A program made the translations under genes and the position numbers. Source: Opitutia bacterium UBA3534 (lineage in GTDB: Bacteria; Verrucomicrobiota; Verrucomicrobiia; Opitutales; UBA3534). From it: a stretch of 64,000 nucleotides of DNA. The stretch covers positions 71,034 through 135,033 of the forward strand of contig DFOT01000011.1 of the NCBI GenBank assembly GCA_002376875.1, written 5' to 3'. This document shows positions 1-8,706 of this stretch, in pieces. Under the pieces are notes generated by a model that saw nothing but the letters and a program-made list of their open reading frames with translations, ran no database searches and was not told the origin of the DNA. Position 1 is the stretch's first letter, and every line of letters begins with the position of its first letter.

Positions 1-1879
1 TCTTTAACAAATCCTCTTTAGAAAAATCTTCGGCCTGGAAAGCAACCCTCATCGCCAGTTGAACTAAAGGGTGTGCTTGATTATCTGAGGCACGGTTAAT
101 AAGAGTCTTTGCGTATATACTACGCGTTGATCGCTCTAGCTCTTTATCTTTATTTTTGTACTCTAGAAAATGCTTGATACAATCCTCGGCTCCATCAATC
201 CCGTAAATCCAGCCCAAGACAACAAGCTCTGCATGTACTGTAGGGGGTCTATTCTTTGTATATTTAAACTCACGCTCGATAAATACTAGTGCTTGGTTTC
301 TTTGGTGCTGATCCTCAGAGTTATCTAAGATACAACGTGCTGCCTTAGCATAGCCCCATACCTTAGCAACCTCAAATTTATCCCTGAATACGCTTACACA
401 AAACTCAAGAGCAGCAGTTCTTTCAGCGATACAATCACTGTAATCTAAAATTAGCTCTGCAGCGTAAGCACGAATGGGTAAAGGAATGACCAAAGAAAAT
501 GGAATTTTATGGTCGTCTTTGGTCATAAAAACAGGCTCCGAAAACACTGAATTTTCTATAAACTTTTTAGCAATCACTAAGACACGTCTCTTCAGCCCTG
601 TGTCTGTTGAATGCTGAAGGACCTGACTCCCTGCAAATAATGCAGAGTTCAATACACCTACTTCGCCATTTCTTAACAACTGCATGCTACTCTCTACAAT
701 GAGCACACAGGCCTCTAGCACTTCTTTTTGTTTAGAAGCTGTTAGGTCATCTTCACCTAGTAAAATCACTGCAGATCGAACACGTTTTTCAATTAGGCAG
801 TTTTTATCCTTCACTAAGCACAAAAAACCTAAACTTTTTTGATTCCCTACCCCGTAATGATAACACAACTTAGCAAGACTGAAACATTCCTTTGATTCTA
901 AGTTTAATGCCCTATCCTTAAAGAACGACTCACAAGCTGCTACCGCTGAGGCTTGCTGCCATTTCTCTCCGTTAACCAAAATAGGCCTCACTACAGCTAG
1001 TAGTTGCTTAGCTTCGAGAGTATCCTTATACCTAGAAAGAATATTCCAATAGCCTAAAAGCTTCTCGGCAAGTTCTTCTGCGTACTCATCCATATGAGCC
1101 GCAACTGTAAAGTGATCATCAAAGCTTAGAAGATCACTTTTAGTGAACTCCAAACAAGCGGGGACAATTTTCGAACAAACAGGATCATCAGCGTACTTAG
1201 CAATGGCAGAAAATGCAATAAACGCCTGAGTATCCTCAAGCTCATTATTCTTACCCAACAATGCCTCTTGGCAAAAATCGAGCGCGAAACAACATTGTTG
1301 TTCTGTCCCATATTTACAAAGCCAATATGCACTCTTGATTCGCAACTCTAAAGGCGTATCTTCTTGTTCAAGCAACTCACTCGCTAAAGCTAAAGCCCCT
1401 TCCTGCTTCTTGCCTCTTTTTTTAGTGCTATCAAAAATAAACTCAAAAGATTTAACGCGGATGCTCTCAGGTAGATCGCCAGACCTGGCAAAAGCTAAAA
1501 CATTATCTAGAGCATTTTCTTTTTGCTGCTTATTGAAATAAATAAAGCTACCCTCAAAAGCCTGCAGGTATTCCTCAGCAGAAGCCTTTCTCTCTTTAAG
1601 GGCATTTAAAAGTTTTTGAATATAAGACTTTTGCCCCTGGCTCTGCCTTACATGGCCACTCAGAGGACTGCTGCGGTTTGGTGAATGCTTATTCTGAGCG
1701 CGGCTTTGCTCTTGGTACGCAGCAATAGCAGCTATAGTGCGGTGGATAAACTCATCTAGGGGCTCTTCCTGGGCTACACTACGCTGCCCCATTTGGGAGA
1801 GTAAGGTATTACCTGAAGAGCGTCGGGGAGACGCTGGGCTGTTTATAAGACTGTCCGGTATAATTGATAATGAATCCAT
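1..1879 (-). CDS. Hypothetical alpha-helical repeat protein (ORFan-like); N-terminal 626 codons present, 3' end lies beyond the window
   Basis: Not in the ORF track because no stop lies in the window. I translated the minus strand line by line from ATG 1879-1877 (MDSLSIIPDSLINSPASPRRSSGNTL...). The frame stays open to position 2 (...AFQAEDFSKEDLLK). No catalytic motif seen. The sequence looks helix-rich with Sel1/TPR-like stretches (AKLCYHYGVGNQKSLGF). Track ORFs 1126..1332(-) and 1335..1541(+) lie inside it in other frames. Confidence 0.6.
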   Translation of the reverse strand, partial: MDSLSIIPDSLINSPASPRRSSGNTLLSQMGQRSVAQEEPLDEFIHRTIAAIAAYQEQSRAQNKHSPNRSSPLSGHVRQSQGQKSYIQKLLNALKERKASAEEYLQAFEGSFIYFNKQQKENALDNVLAFARSGDLPESIRVKSFEFIFDSTKKRGKKQEGALALASELLEQEDTPLELRIKSAYWLCKYGTEQQCCFALDFCQEALLGKNNELEDTQAFIAFSAIAKYADDPVCSKIVPACLEFTKSDLLSFDDHFTVAAHMDEYAEELAEKLLGYWNILSRYKDTLEAKQLLAVVRPILVNGEKWQQASAVAACESFFKDRALNLESKECFSLAKLCYHYGVGNQKSLGFLCLVKDKNCLIEKRVRSAVILLGEDDLTASKQKEVLEACVLIVESSMQLLRNGEVGVLNSALFAGSQVLQHSTDTGLKRRVLVIAKKFIENSVFSEPVFMTKDDHKIPFSLVIPLPIRAYAAELILDYSDCIAERTAALEFCVSVFRDKFEVAKVWGYAKAARCILDNSEDQHQRNQALVFIEREFKYTKNRPPTVHAELVVLGWIYGIDGAEDCIKHFLEYKNKDKELERSTRSIYAKTLINRASDNQAHPLVQLAMRVAFQAEDFSKEDLLK

Positions 1880-2055
1880 AGCTCTTAAAAATGAAGAACC
1901 AGCAGAGCATAAATAAAATTTTCAAAAATAAAATACTGAATATAAAATAATCTAAAAACCGTTAAGAAACAGCGTTATCAAAATGTTTTTATTGCCAAAG
2001 ACGTAGCTCCAGATTTTAATGAGTGCCTCGTTTTAACATTAGGAAACAAATTATC

Positions 2056-2685
2056 ATGTCAGTACTCGTAGGTAAAAAAGCCCCCTCATTCAAAGCAAAA
2101 GCAGTTGTCGATGGACAGATTGTTGAAGAATTCTCCTTAGACCAATATCTTGGTAAGCAATATGTTGTGCTTTTCTTTTACCCAAAAGATTTCACCTTTG
2201 TTTGCCCTACAGAACTTCACGCCTTTCAGAAACACCTAGCCGACTTCCAAGAGCGTAATGTTGCGGTGGTAGGCTGCTCTACAGATACAGAATTTTCGCA
2301 TCTAGCTTGGACTCAAGTCGTTAAAAATGCGGGAGGGATTAAGGGCGTTACTTACCCACTCGTTGCAGACACCAACAAAACAATTTCCTCTAACTATGAC
2401 GTCCTGGTAGGTCAGTGGACCTTGGATGAGAATGACAACCTAGCAGCCGACGGAGAGCTCATCGCCTACCGCGGACTCTTCCTCATTGACAGGGAAGGGG
2501 TTGTGCAGCACCAAGTAGTCAACAACCTCCCTCTGGGCCGCAGCGTTACTGAGGTATTACGTATGGTTGATGCCCTCCAACACTTTGAAAACCACGGCGA
2601 AGTCTGCCCGATGGACTGGCACAAAGGAGAAGATGCCATGAAGCCTACTTTCGCAGGCGTATCCAGTTACCTTTCTAGCAACTAA
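2056..2685 (+). CDS. Typical 2-Cys peroxiredoxin (AhpC/Prx1 family)
   Basis: Track ORF 2023..2685 starts at GTG. I prefer ATG 2056 ([12 protein letters not shown]), a few nt after aggaaac. Peroxidatic Cys motif [13 protein letters not shown] and resolving Cys in HGEVCPMDW. Confidence 0.9.
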   Translation: MSVLVGKKAPSFKAKAVVDGQIVEEFSLDQYLGKQYVVLFFYPKDFTFVCPTELHAFQKHLADFQERNVAVVGCSTDTEFSHLAWTQVVKNAGGIKGVTYPLVADTNKTISSNYDVLVGQWTLDENDNLAADGELIAYRGLFLIDREGVVQHQVVNNLPLGRSVTEVLRMVDALQHFENHGEVCPMDWHKGEDAMKPTFAGVSSYLSSN

Positions 2686-2690
2686 ATATT

Positions 2691-3623
2691 ATGGAAAAAG
2701 TCATCATCATTGGCACTGGGTGTGCCGGCCTAACTGCTGCTGTTTATGCGGCACGTGCAAACGTTGAGCCTTTAGTAATCGAGGGCAAGCAACCCGGCGG
2801 ACAGCTTACCACCACAAGTGAAGTCGAAAACTTCCCGGGCTTCCCTGAAGGAATTGATGGCTATACCTTAATGGACAGCATGCGCAAGCAAGCCCAACGT
2901 TTTGGCGCTCGCTTTGAGTCTGACACGATTGAAGATGCTGACTTTTCTGGCCCGGTAAAAAAGCTGATCACCAAAAATAAGACCTATGAGGCCAAGACAG
3001 TCATCATTGCCACCGGCGCTGCACCACGCTTCCTAAGCATCCCTGGGGAGCAGGAATTCTTTGGAGGAAAAGGTGTGAGCACTTGTGCGGTGTGTGATGG
3101 GGCCTTCTACCGTGACCAAGAAGTGGTCGTCATCGGGGGTGGAGACTCTGCCTGTGAAGAAGCTATCTTCCTGACCCACTTTTGCAAAAAAGTAACGCTT
3201 ATCCACCGCCGCGATCAATTGCGCGCCTCCCCCATTATGGCTAAGCGTGCTTTAGCACACGAGAAGATCACCCCTCTATGGGATAGCATCCCTGAGGCCT
3301 TTGTCGGAGATGAAAAAGATGGCATTACTGCAGTTCAGGTGAAAAACGTTAAAACTAATGAAGTAAGCGAAGTCCCCTGTAAGGCCGCTTTCATTGCAAT
3401 TGGCCATAACCCGAATACGGCTCCTTTCGCAAAGCAACTTAAGCTTGATGAAAACAAATACATCATCCCCGAAAACGGAAGTATGGTGAAAACCGCCTTC
3501 CCGGGTGTGTATGTAGCCGGAGACTGTGCAGACCACCTATACCGCCAGGCAATCACGGCTGCAGGGATGGGGTGCCAGGCTGCACTTGAGTCTATCCGCT
3601 GGCTTGAAGAGCAAGAGGGGTAA
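2691..3623 (+). CDS. trxB: Thioredoxin-disulfide reductase
   Basis: 310 aa. FAD fold [17 protein letters not shown], redox-active CAVCDG, NADPH fold [20 protein letters not shown] near the C-terminus. Starts 5 nt after the peroxiredoxin stop, so probably the same operon. Confidence 0.9.
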   Translation: MEKVIIIGTGCAGLTAAVYAARANVEPLVIEGKQPGGQLTTTSEVENFPGFPEGIDGYTLMDSMRKQAQRFGARFESDTIEDADFSGPVKKLITKNKTYEAKTVIIATGAAPRFLSIPGEQEFFGGKGVSTCAVCDGAFYRDQEVVVIGGGDSACEEAIFLTHFCKKVTLIHRRDQLRASPIMAKRALAHEKITPLWDSIPEAFVGDEKDGITAVQVKNVKTNEVSEVPCKAAFIAIGHNPNTAPFAKQLKLDENKYIIPENGSMVKTAFPGVYVAGDCADHLYRQAITAAGMGCQAALESIRWLEEQEG

Positions 3624-3631
3624 GAAAAGAC

Positions 3632-4576
3632 CTAACGGTCTTTCATGTCCATAAAGGCATCACTCACAGCTTCTAGCCGGACCATTTGATTTTGATCTAA
3701 AGACAGATCATAAGCTTTTACAAACTCGGCTACTTGCTCGGGCTTACGCGTCCCGACAAGGGCAGTGAGGATATTCTTTTGAGCTAACACCCACGCAAGG
3801 CTTACTTCGATAGGCTTGCGGCCTGTTTCACGCGCAATAGCCTCCACGACTTCAAACACACGCAAGGCGCGGTGGTATAAGGGAGGTTGATAGAGCTGAT
3901 CATCCCGACGGGTTGGATATTCTAGTTCTTCAGGCTCTAGCCGGCGTGCTAACAGACCCTTGGCTGTTGGCGAGTAAGCCATATAAGGAATGTTATGCTT
4001 CAGGCAGACATCAAGACTTTTGCCTTCATACTCGCGCTCTAGCAAACTGTAAGGAATTTCATTTACGGAAAAATCTGCTAACCCCTCGCCTAGCCGCTCG
4101 AGATTTTCGGAACGGAAATTAGAAAGCCCAATCAAACGTGCCTTTCCGCTGTACTTAAGCGCCTGCATAATATCATGAAGCTTTTTATTTTTATCCTTGG
4201 TGTTAAAATGCTCCCCAGGCCAATGAATTAGATAAACATCGACATAATCACGATCCAAGGCCTTGAGTGTACCGTCTAGGCGCTCTTGATAGCCTTCGAG
4301 AGTGAGCGCTGCATCAGGCCATACCTTTGAAACAATGATGACCTCATCCTTCTTTGAGCCCAAAGCTTCTCCTAGGCGCTTTTCAGACTCGCCATCGCCG
4401 TAGCCTTCAGCCGTATCAAAGGCAGTAATCCCACAATCTAGCGCATTTTTTATGACCGCTTCGGCATCTTTGGGGGTGCATAAATCCCCCCAGCCACCAC
4501 TGCGTGCAAGTTGCCAACAGCCTAAAGTAATAGCACTCCAGGGCTTATCAAGATCTTGATGATGGGTAGTTTTCAT
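3632..4576 (-). CDS. Aldo/keto reductase family oxidoreductase
   Basis: Track ORF 3632..4600. ATG 4576 (MKTTHHQDLDKPWS) avoids overlap with the upstream stop at 4585. AKR-like motifs FDTAEGYGDGESE, VDVYLIHWP, GLSNF. Confidence 0.8.
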   Translation of the reverse strand: MKTTHHQDLDKPWSAITLGCWQLARSGGWGDLCTPKDAEAVIKNALDCGITAFDTAEGYGDGESEKRLGEALGSKKDEVIIVSKVWPDAALTLEGYQERLDGTLKALDRDYVDVYLIHWPGEHFNTKDKNKKLHDIMQALKYSGKARLIGLSNFRSENLERLGEGLADFSVNEIPYSLLEREYEGKSLDVCLKHNIPYMAYSPTAKGLLARRLEPEELEYPTRRDDQLYQPPLYHRALRVFEVVEAIARETGRKPIEVSLAWVLAQKNILTALVGTRKPEQVAEFVKAYDLSLDQNQMVRLEAVSDAFMDMKDR

Positions 4577-4584
4577 AGGCAGTT

Positions 4585-5796
4585 TTATACTAATACACAA
4601 TTAGACTTCTGAGCAATCTTTTCTGCTATGGCCAGACAACTGGTCGCTGCGGGTGAGGGAGCATTACGCAGGTGAATAATGTTCTCCTGAGGGCAATCCC
4701 AGACGAAATCTTCCACCAAAGAGCCATCCTCGGCTAGGGCTTGCGCACGTACCCCAGAAGGCCCAGGCAAGCAATGACTAGCTTTTAAAGCCGGCATTGT
4801 ACGCTGAAGGGCTTTGACATAAGCGTGCTTAGATAAATCTTGATAAAGCTCGCTCAGCCCTACACGCCAATGCTTTTGGGCTAAGCGCCAGAAACCTTGG
4901 TAAGAGAAAACATCTGCAAGATCCTTCAAGGAAAGATCCGCAAAGCGGTACCCCTCTCGCTTGAATGCTAAAACAGCATTGGGCCCAAGCCAGACGCTCC
5001 CATCTAAGCGCGGAGTAAAGTGAACCCCCAGAAAAGGAAATTGAGGGTCAGGAACTGGATAGATCAAACCTTTAACCAAGTAAGCTGCTGAGGGTTTAAG
5101 GAGTAAATAATCCCCCCTGAAAGGAACTATCTTGGGTGTTTTTTGTCCTCCACTTGCTGCGGCTATACGATCAGAAAATAAACCTGCACAACTAATAAGT
5201 TTTTTAGCCTGCACACGTTGGCCTTCTCTACTCAAAAGTGTAACACTAGAAGCTTCAGCATTTATCTTACTAACTTCAAAACCTGTCATTAGTTGACCAC
5301 CTAAGCTTCTAATATCTTGAGCAAGCGAACGGCAAACCTCTGCAAAGTCAACCACAGCGACCTCAGGGCACAACACTGCGGCAATACCACCCGTACAATA
5401 AGGCTCTCGTTTCAGTAATTCGGTACGACTTAAATACTGAATACCCTCAACACCATTAGCTTGCCCGCGCTCATAAAGAGCTTCTAGCCGAGGGAGCTCA
5501 TCCTGAGAGGTCGCAACAATGACCTTCCCTAGGCGAGGTGTCTTAATTGATCTCTCAGCACAATAAGCGTGTAACAAGTGCTTCCCGCGTACGCACAATT
5601 GCGCCTTTAGGGAACCCGGCTTATAGTAAACCCCAGAGTGAATCACACCACTATTATGACCGGACTGATGCTTAGCCACTTGGCTTTCTTTGTCGATGAC
5701 CAGCAAGTTAAGGCCTGGAGTTTCTAACAAAAGCTGGCGGGCTGTGGCTAAACCGAGAATGCCAGCACCAATAATGACACAATCATAAAGGGGCAT
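4585..5796 (-). CDS. lhgO: FAD-dependent L-2-hydroxyglutarate oxidase-like oxidoreductase
   Basis: 403 aa. Dinucleotide fold YDCVIIGAGILGLATA, followed by HQSGHNSGVIHSGVYYKPGSLKA, which I associate with the LhgO/YgaF family. Confidence 0.65.
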   Translation of the reverse strand: MPLYDCVIIGAGILGLATARQLLLETPGLNLLVIDKESQVAKHQSGHNSGVIHSGVYYKPGSLKAQLCVRGKHLLHAYCAERSIKTPRLGKVIVATSQDELPRLEALYERGQANGVEGIQYLSRTELLKREPYCTGGIAAVLCPEVAVVDFAEVCRSLAQDIRSLGGQLMTGFEVSKINAEASSVTLLSREGQRVQAKKLISCAGLFSDRIAAASGGQKTPKIVPFRGDYLLLKPSAAYLVKGLIYPVPDPQFPFLGVHFTPRLDGSVWLGPNAVLAFKREGYRFADLSLKDLADVFSYQGFWRLAQKHWRVGLSELYQDLSKHAYVKALQRTMPALKASHCLPGPSGVRAQALAEDGSLVEDFVWDCPQENIIHLRNAPSPAATSCLAIAEKIAQKSNCVLV

Positions 5797-5812
5797 TCGC
5801 CCAAGCTAAAGC

Positions 5813-6526
5813 CTAGGAGGCCTCTTGGGAAGCGAAAAACGTTTCGATGAGCTGAGCGGAGGTTGCAATACTGCGGCAAAGCCAATCTAGATGCAGCTGC
5901 TCTTGTTCTTCTTGCTTAAGGGCCCACGGGAGGTTCGCCTTGCGCATGCGGCTAGTTAAGTCCCGCAAGCATAACGCTGCACATACCGAAAGATTAAAAC
6001 TTTGCGTAAAGCCTACCATGGGGATGTGTACAAAATGATCGGCAAGCTCGTGCGCTGTTTGGCTTAGGCCCTTTTTCTCCGTACCGATAAGAATCGCTGT
6101 GGGTCTATCCAGGGGAGCTTCTTCCAGAGGGATACTCCCCTCCCCCAACGTCATTGCTAGCAATTGTGTACCTTGTTCCTTAAGTGCCGTCAGGCAAGCT
6201 GTTGTATTATCTTCACCAGGTGTGTTCCAGCGGTGTTGATCCAGCCATTTGTCAGCCCCCATAGAAACAGGGGAGCCTTCATCATCAAAGATATTACGAT
6301 TTTCAATAGCATGCACATCTTGCACCCCAAAACATTCTGCAGAACGCAATACGGCAGCTACGTTATGAGGTTGGTAAATATCCTCTAAGACAAGGGTAAC
6401 AAAACGCGTACGCTGCTTAAGGACTGCATCCATGCGCTCACGACGGCTCTGTGTGAGAAAATCAGAAAGGTATGCAATGAGCCTCCTACGTACAGGAGGC
6501 TCTAAAGTTGCTAATGACTCTAACAC
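5813..6526 (-). CDS. trmH: tRNA 2'-O-methyltransferase, SpoU/TrmH (SPOUT) family
   Basis: 237 aa. NVAAVLRSAECFGV, ILIGTEKKGLS and IPMVGFTQSFNLSVCAAL match the three SPOUT motifs. Confidence 0.75.
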   Translation of the reverse strand: MLESLATLEPPVRRRLIAYLSDFLTQSRRERMDAVLKQRTRFVTLVLEDIYQPHNVAAVLRSAECFGVQDVHAIENRNIFDDEGSPVSMGADKWLDQHRWNTPGEDNTTACLTALKEQGTQLLAMTLGEGSIPLEEAPLDRPTAILIGTEKKGLSQTAHELADHFVHIPMVGFTQSFNLSVCAALCLRDLTSRMRKANLPWALKQEEQEQLHLDWLCRSIATSAQLIETFFASQEAS

Positions 6527-6528
6527 AA

Positions 6529-7866
6529 TTAAGCTACACGCTCGGCAACAAGTTCCGGCGGGTTCGGGCGCTTAGGTGCGAGACGGAAAGCGAGCTTCAG
6601 GTACTCTAAAGCTTCAGCAAGTTTCTTGTCATCATTGTAGTGGATCATCATCAAGGCCTCTCCTTGCTTAACCTGGGTACCCACCTTCTTGATTTCAGAA
6701 ACACCTACAGCGGGGTCATACTTACCGTCTTCATCTACAGCAAGGAGCTGCACTCCGCGAGCAATCATCCCGGCATTAATGGTATGCACGTAACCACGCT
6801 TAGGCGCAGGGAGCTTACGTACATATTCAGCCTTCGGGAATTTCTCTGGGTCATCGATGTAACTGGTATCACCGCCTTGGGCTGCGATCATTTCCTTAAA
6901 CTTCTTTAAGGCACTACCGTCTTTAATATGCTTTTGAACGGTTTGCTTAGCAGAAAGGGTCGAGCCGGCTACACCTGCTAAACGCACTACTTCCATACCA
7001 AGCTTAAGCACAAGCTCTTTAAGATCCTCAGGGCCTTCTCCCTTAAGTAAAGCGATTGCTTCTTGAAGCTCTAGGGCTGTTCCAACTGTGTCCCCTAAAG
7101 GCTGATTCATGTCAGTAATCAGTGCCACACAACGGCGCTTCATTGAGCGTGCTACACGAGTGAGTGAGCGCCCGAGTTGCTTAGCCTGATCAATATCTTT
7201 AATGTAGGCACCATTACCCCACTTAACATCAACAACCAAGCCTTCAGCACCTTCAGCCAATTTCTTACTAAGGACACCCCCAGTAATGAGTGGCAAACTT
7301 TGGATGGTGGCCGTGTTCTGACGTAAGTCATAAAGCATGCGATCTACTGGGGCGATCGTAGGGTCTTGGCGAACAATCGTACACCCGACCTTCTTGAGCT
7401 GCTTAATAAAGCCTTTGATATCAAGCTCTGGGTCAAACCCTGGGATAGCAGAAAGCTTATCTAGAGTACTGATGACGAAATCTTCATCCACAGCATTCAT
7501 AGCAGGCATCACAACGCCACAAGCAGCAGCCAAAGGCGCTAGTACTAATGTGGTTTTGTCTCCGACCCCACCAGTAGAATACTTATCGACCTTAGGCTTA
7601 CTGATGCTTGAAAGGTCCACAACTTCCCCAGAGAGCATCATTTCTTCAGCAAAAATGGCTGTCTCTTGGGCGGACATACCTTGGAAGTAAACGGCCATCG
7701 CTAGAGCTGCTTGCTGAGATTCTGGCATTTCCTCATCGAGGATAGAATCTACGATATAGCGGATTTCTTCATCAGAGAACTCCCCTCCATCACGCTTTTT
7801 CTCGATCAAGTAAGCGAAGGAAGGCTTAATAAACTTTCGTGTGGATACGACACTCTTTTTTTTCAT
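6529..7866 (-). CDS. deoA: Thymidine / pyrimidine-nucleoside phosphorylase
   Basis: 445 aa. N-terminal IEKKRDGGEFSDEEI and phosphate-binding DKYSTGGVGDKTTLVLAPL. Stop lies 2 nt before the trmH start. Confidence 0.85.
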   Translation of the reverse strand: MKKKSVVSTRKFIKPSFAYLIEKKRDGGEFSDEEIRYIVDSILDEEMPESQQAALAMAVYFQGMSAQETAIFAEEMMLSGEVVDLSSISKPKVDKYSTGGVGDKTTLVLAPLAAACGVVMPAMNAVDEDFVISTLDKLSAIPGFDPELDIKGFIKQLKKVGCTIVRQDPTIAPVDRMLYDLRQNTATIQSLPLITGGVLSKKLAEGAEGLVVDVKWGNGAYIKDIDQAKQLGRSLTRVARSMKRRCVALITDMNQPLGDTVGTALELQEAIALLKGEGPEDLKELVLKLGMEVVRLAGVAGSTLSAKQTVQKHIKDGSALKKFKEMIAAQGGDTSYIDDPEKFPKAEYVRKLPAPKRGYVHTINAGMIARGVQLLAVDEDGKYDPAVGVSEIKKVGTQVKQGEALMMIHYNDDKKLAEALEYLKLAFRLAPKRPNPPELVAERVA

Positions 7867-7971
7867 AAAGACGAGGGCTTTAAGCTAGATAATGTGATCT
7901 AACAATAATTGGTAACTAAAAATCAAACAAACCCGAGGCAACTCGGCGTTTTGTTATAGAACCAGGATAAC

Positions 7972-8003
7972 AAAAAATGTCGAGCCTTTTTCGTTGACTC
8001 GAC
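7972..8003 (-). terminator. Putative intrinsic terminator downstream of ndk, followed by a second weaker hairpin at 7921-7946
   Basis: Minus strand reads GTCGAG-(13 nt loop)-CTCGAC followed by ATTTTTTG, 36 nt after the ndk stop. A second hairpin CCGAG-TTGC-CTCGG followed by GTTTGTTTGATTTTT lies at 7921-7946. Stems are short (6 and 5 bp). Confidence 0.4.
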
Positions 8004-8039
8004 TATTTTTTTAACTAGGGCGTGCCGTAGATCTAAAAA

Positions 8040-8468
8040 TTAGACCGCTTCGGAAGCGAAGATTTCTTCAGCACTGAAGAAACGTTCCATCTCTTCCTTG
8101 GCAGCCTCAACGCTGTCAGATGCGTGAGCGATATTGAGCATCTTATTTTCCCCAAGGTCGCCACGAATGGTTCCTTCAGGTGCTTGCTCAGAATCTGTAG
8201 GCCCAAGCAAATCGCGTACACGCTCGATTACTTGTTCGCCTTCTAAAATGAGAACCAAAACAGGCCTAGAGCTCATAAACTCTTCAATCTCAGGGAAATA
8301 AGGCTTATCAGCGTGATGCGCATAATGCTCCCGAAGCAACTCGGAAGAAAGGCCCATCATCTTACAGGCAACAATATTGAAGCCAGCTTTGATAAAGCGA
8401 TCTAGAACGATACCTGAAAGACCTGCTTTCATGCAGTCCGGTTTGAGAATGATAACTGTTTTTTCCAT
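8040..8468 (-). CDS. ndk: Nucleoside-diphosphate kinase
   Basis: 142 aa. MEKTVIILKPD..., GTIRGDLG, NIAHASDS with the active-site His context. Confidence 0.9.
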   Translation of the reverse strand: MEKTVIILKPDCMKAGLSGIVLDRFIKAGFNIVACKMMGLSSELLREHYAHHADKPYFPEIEEFMSSRPVLVLILEGEQVIERVRDLLGPTDSEQAPEGTIRGDLGENKMLNIAHASDSVEAAKEEMERFFSAEEIFASEAV

Positions 8469-8706
8469 AGTAAAAAATAAGAGCTTTAATAATTAAGAAA
8501 CAATAAAGCTTTAATTAACCCCCATCGAAAAAATGACAAGGATTTATTTCTGAAAATAAAACAATAAAGCAAAACCAAAAACAACCTCTTATAGCTTGCT
8601 CTCTTGCCCAATATAGCGTTTAATGTATAGAGTTAATAAGTCAGATAAACCCCTGCTACTCAAACTTTAAAACACCTTGACCCCAAGCATAACACCCCAC
8701 TGGAGA

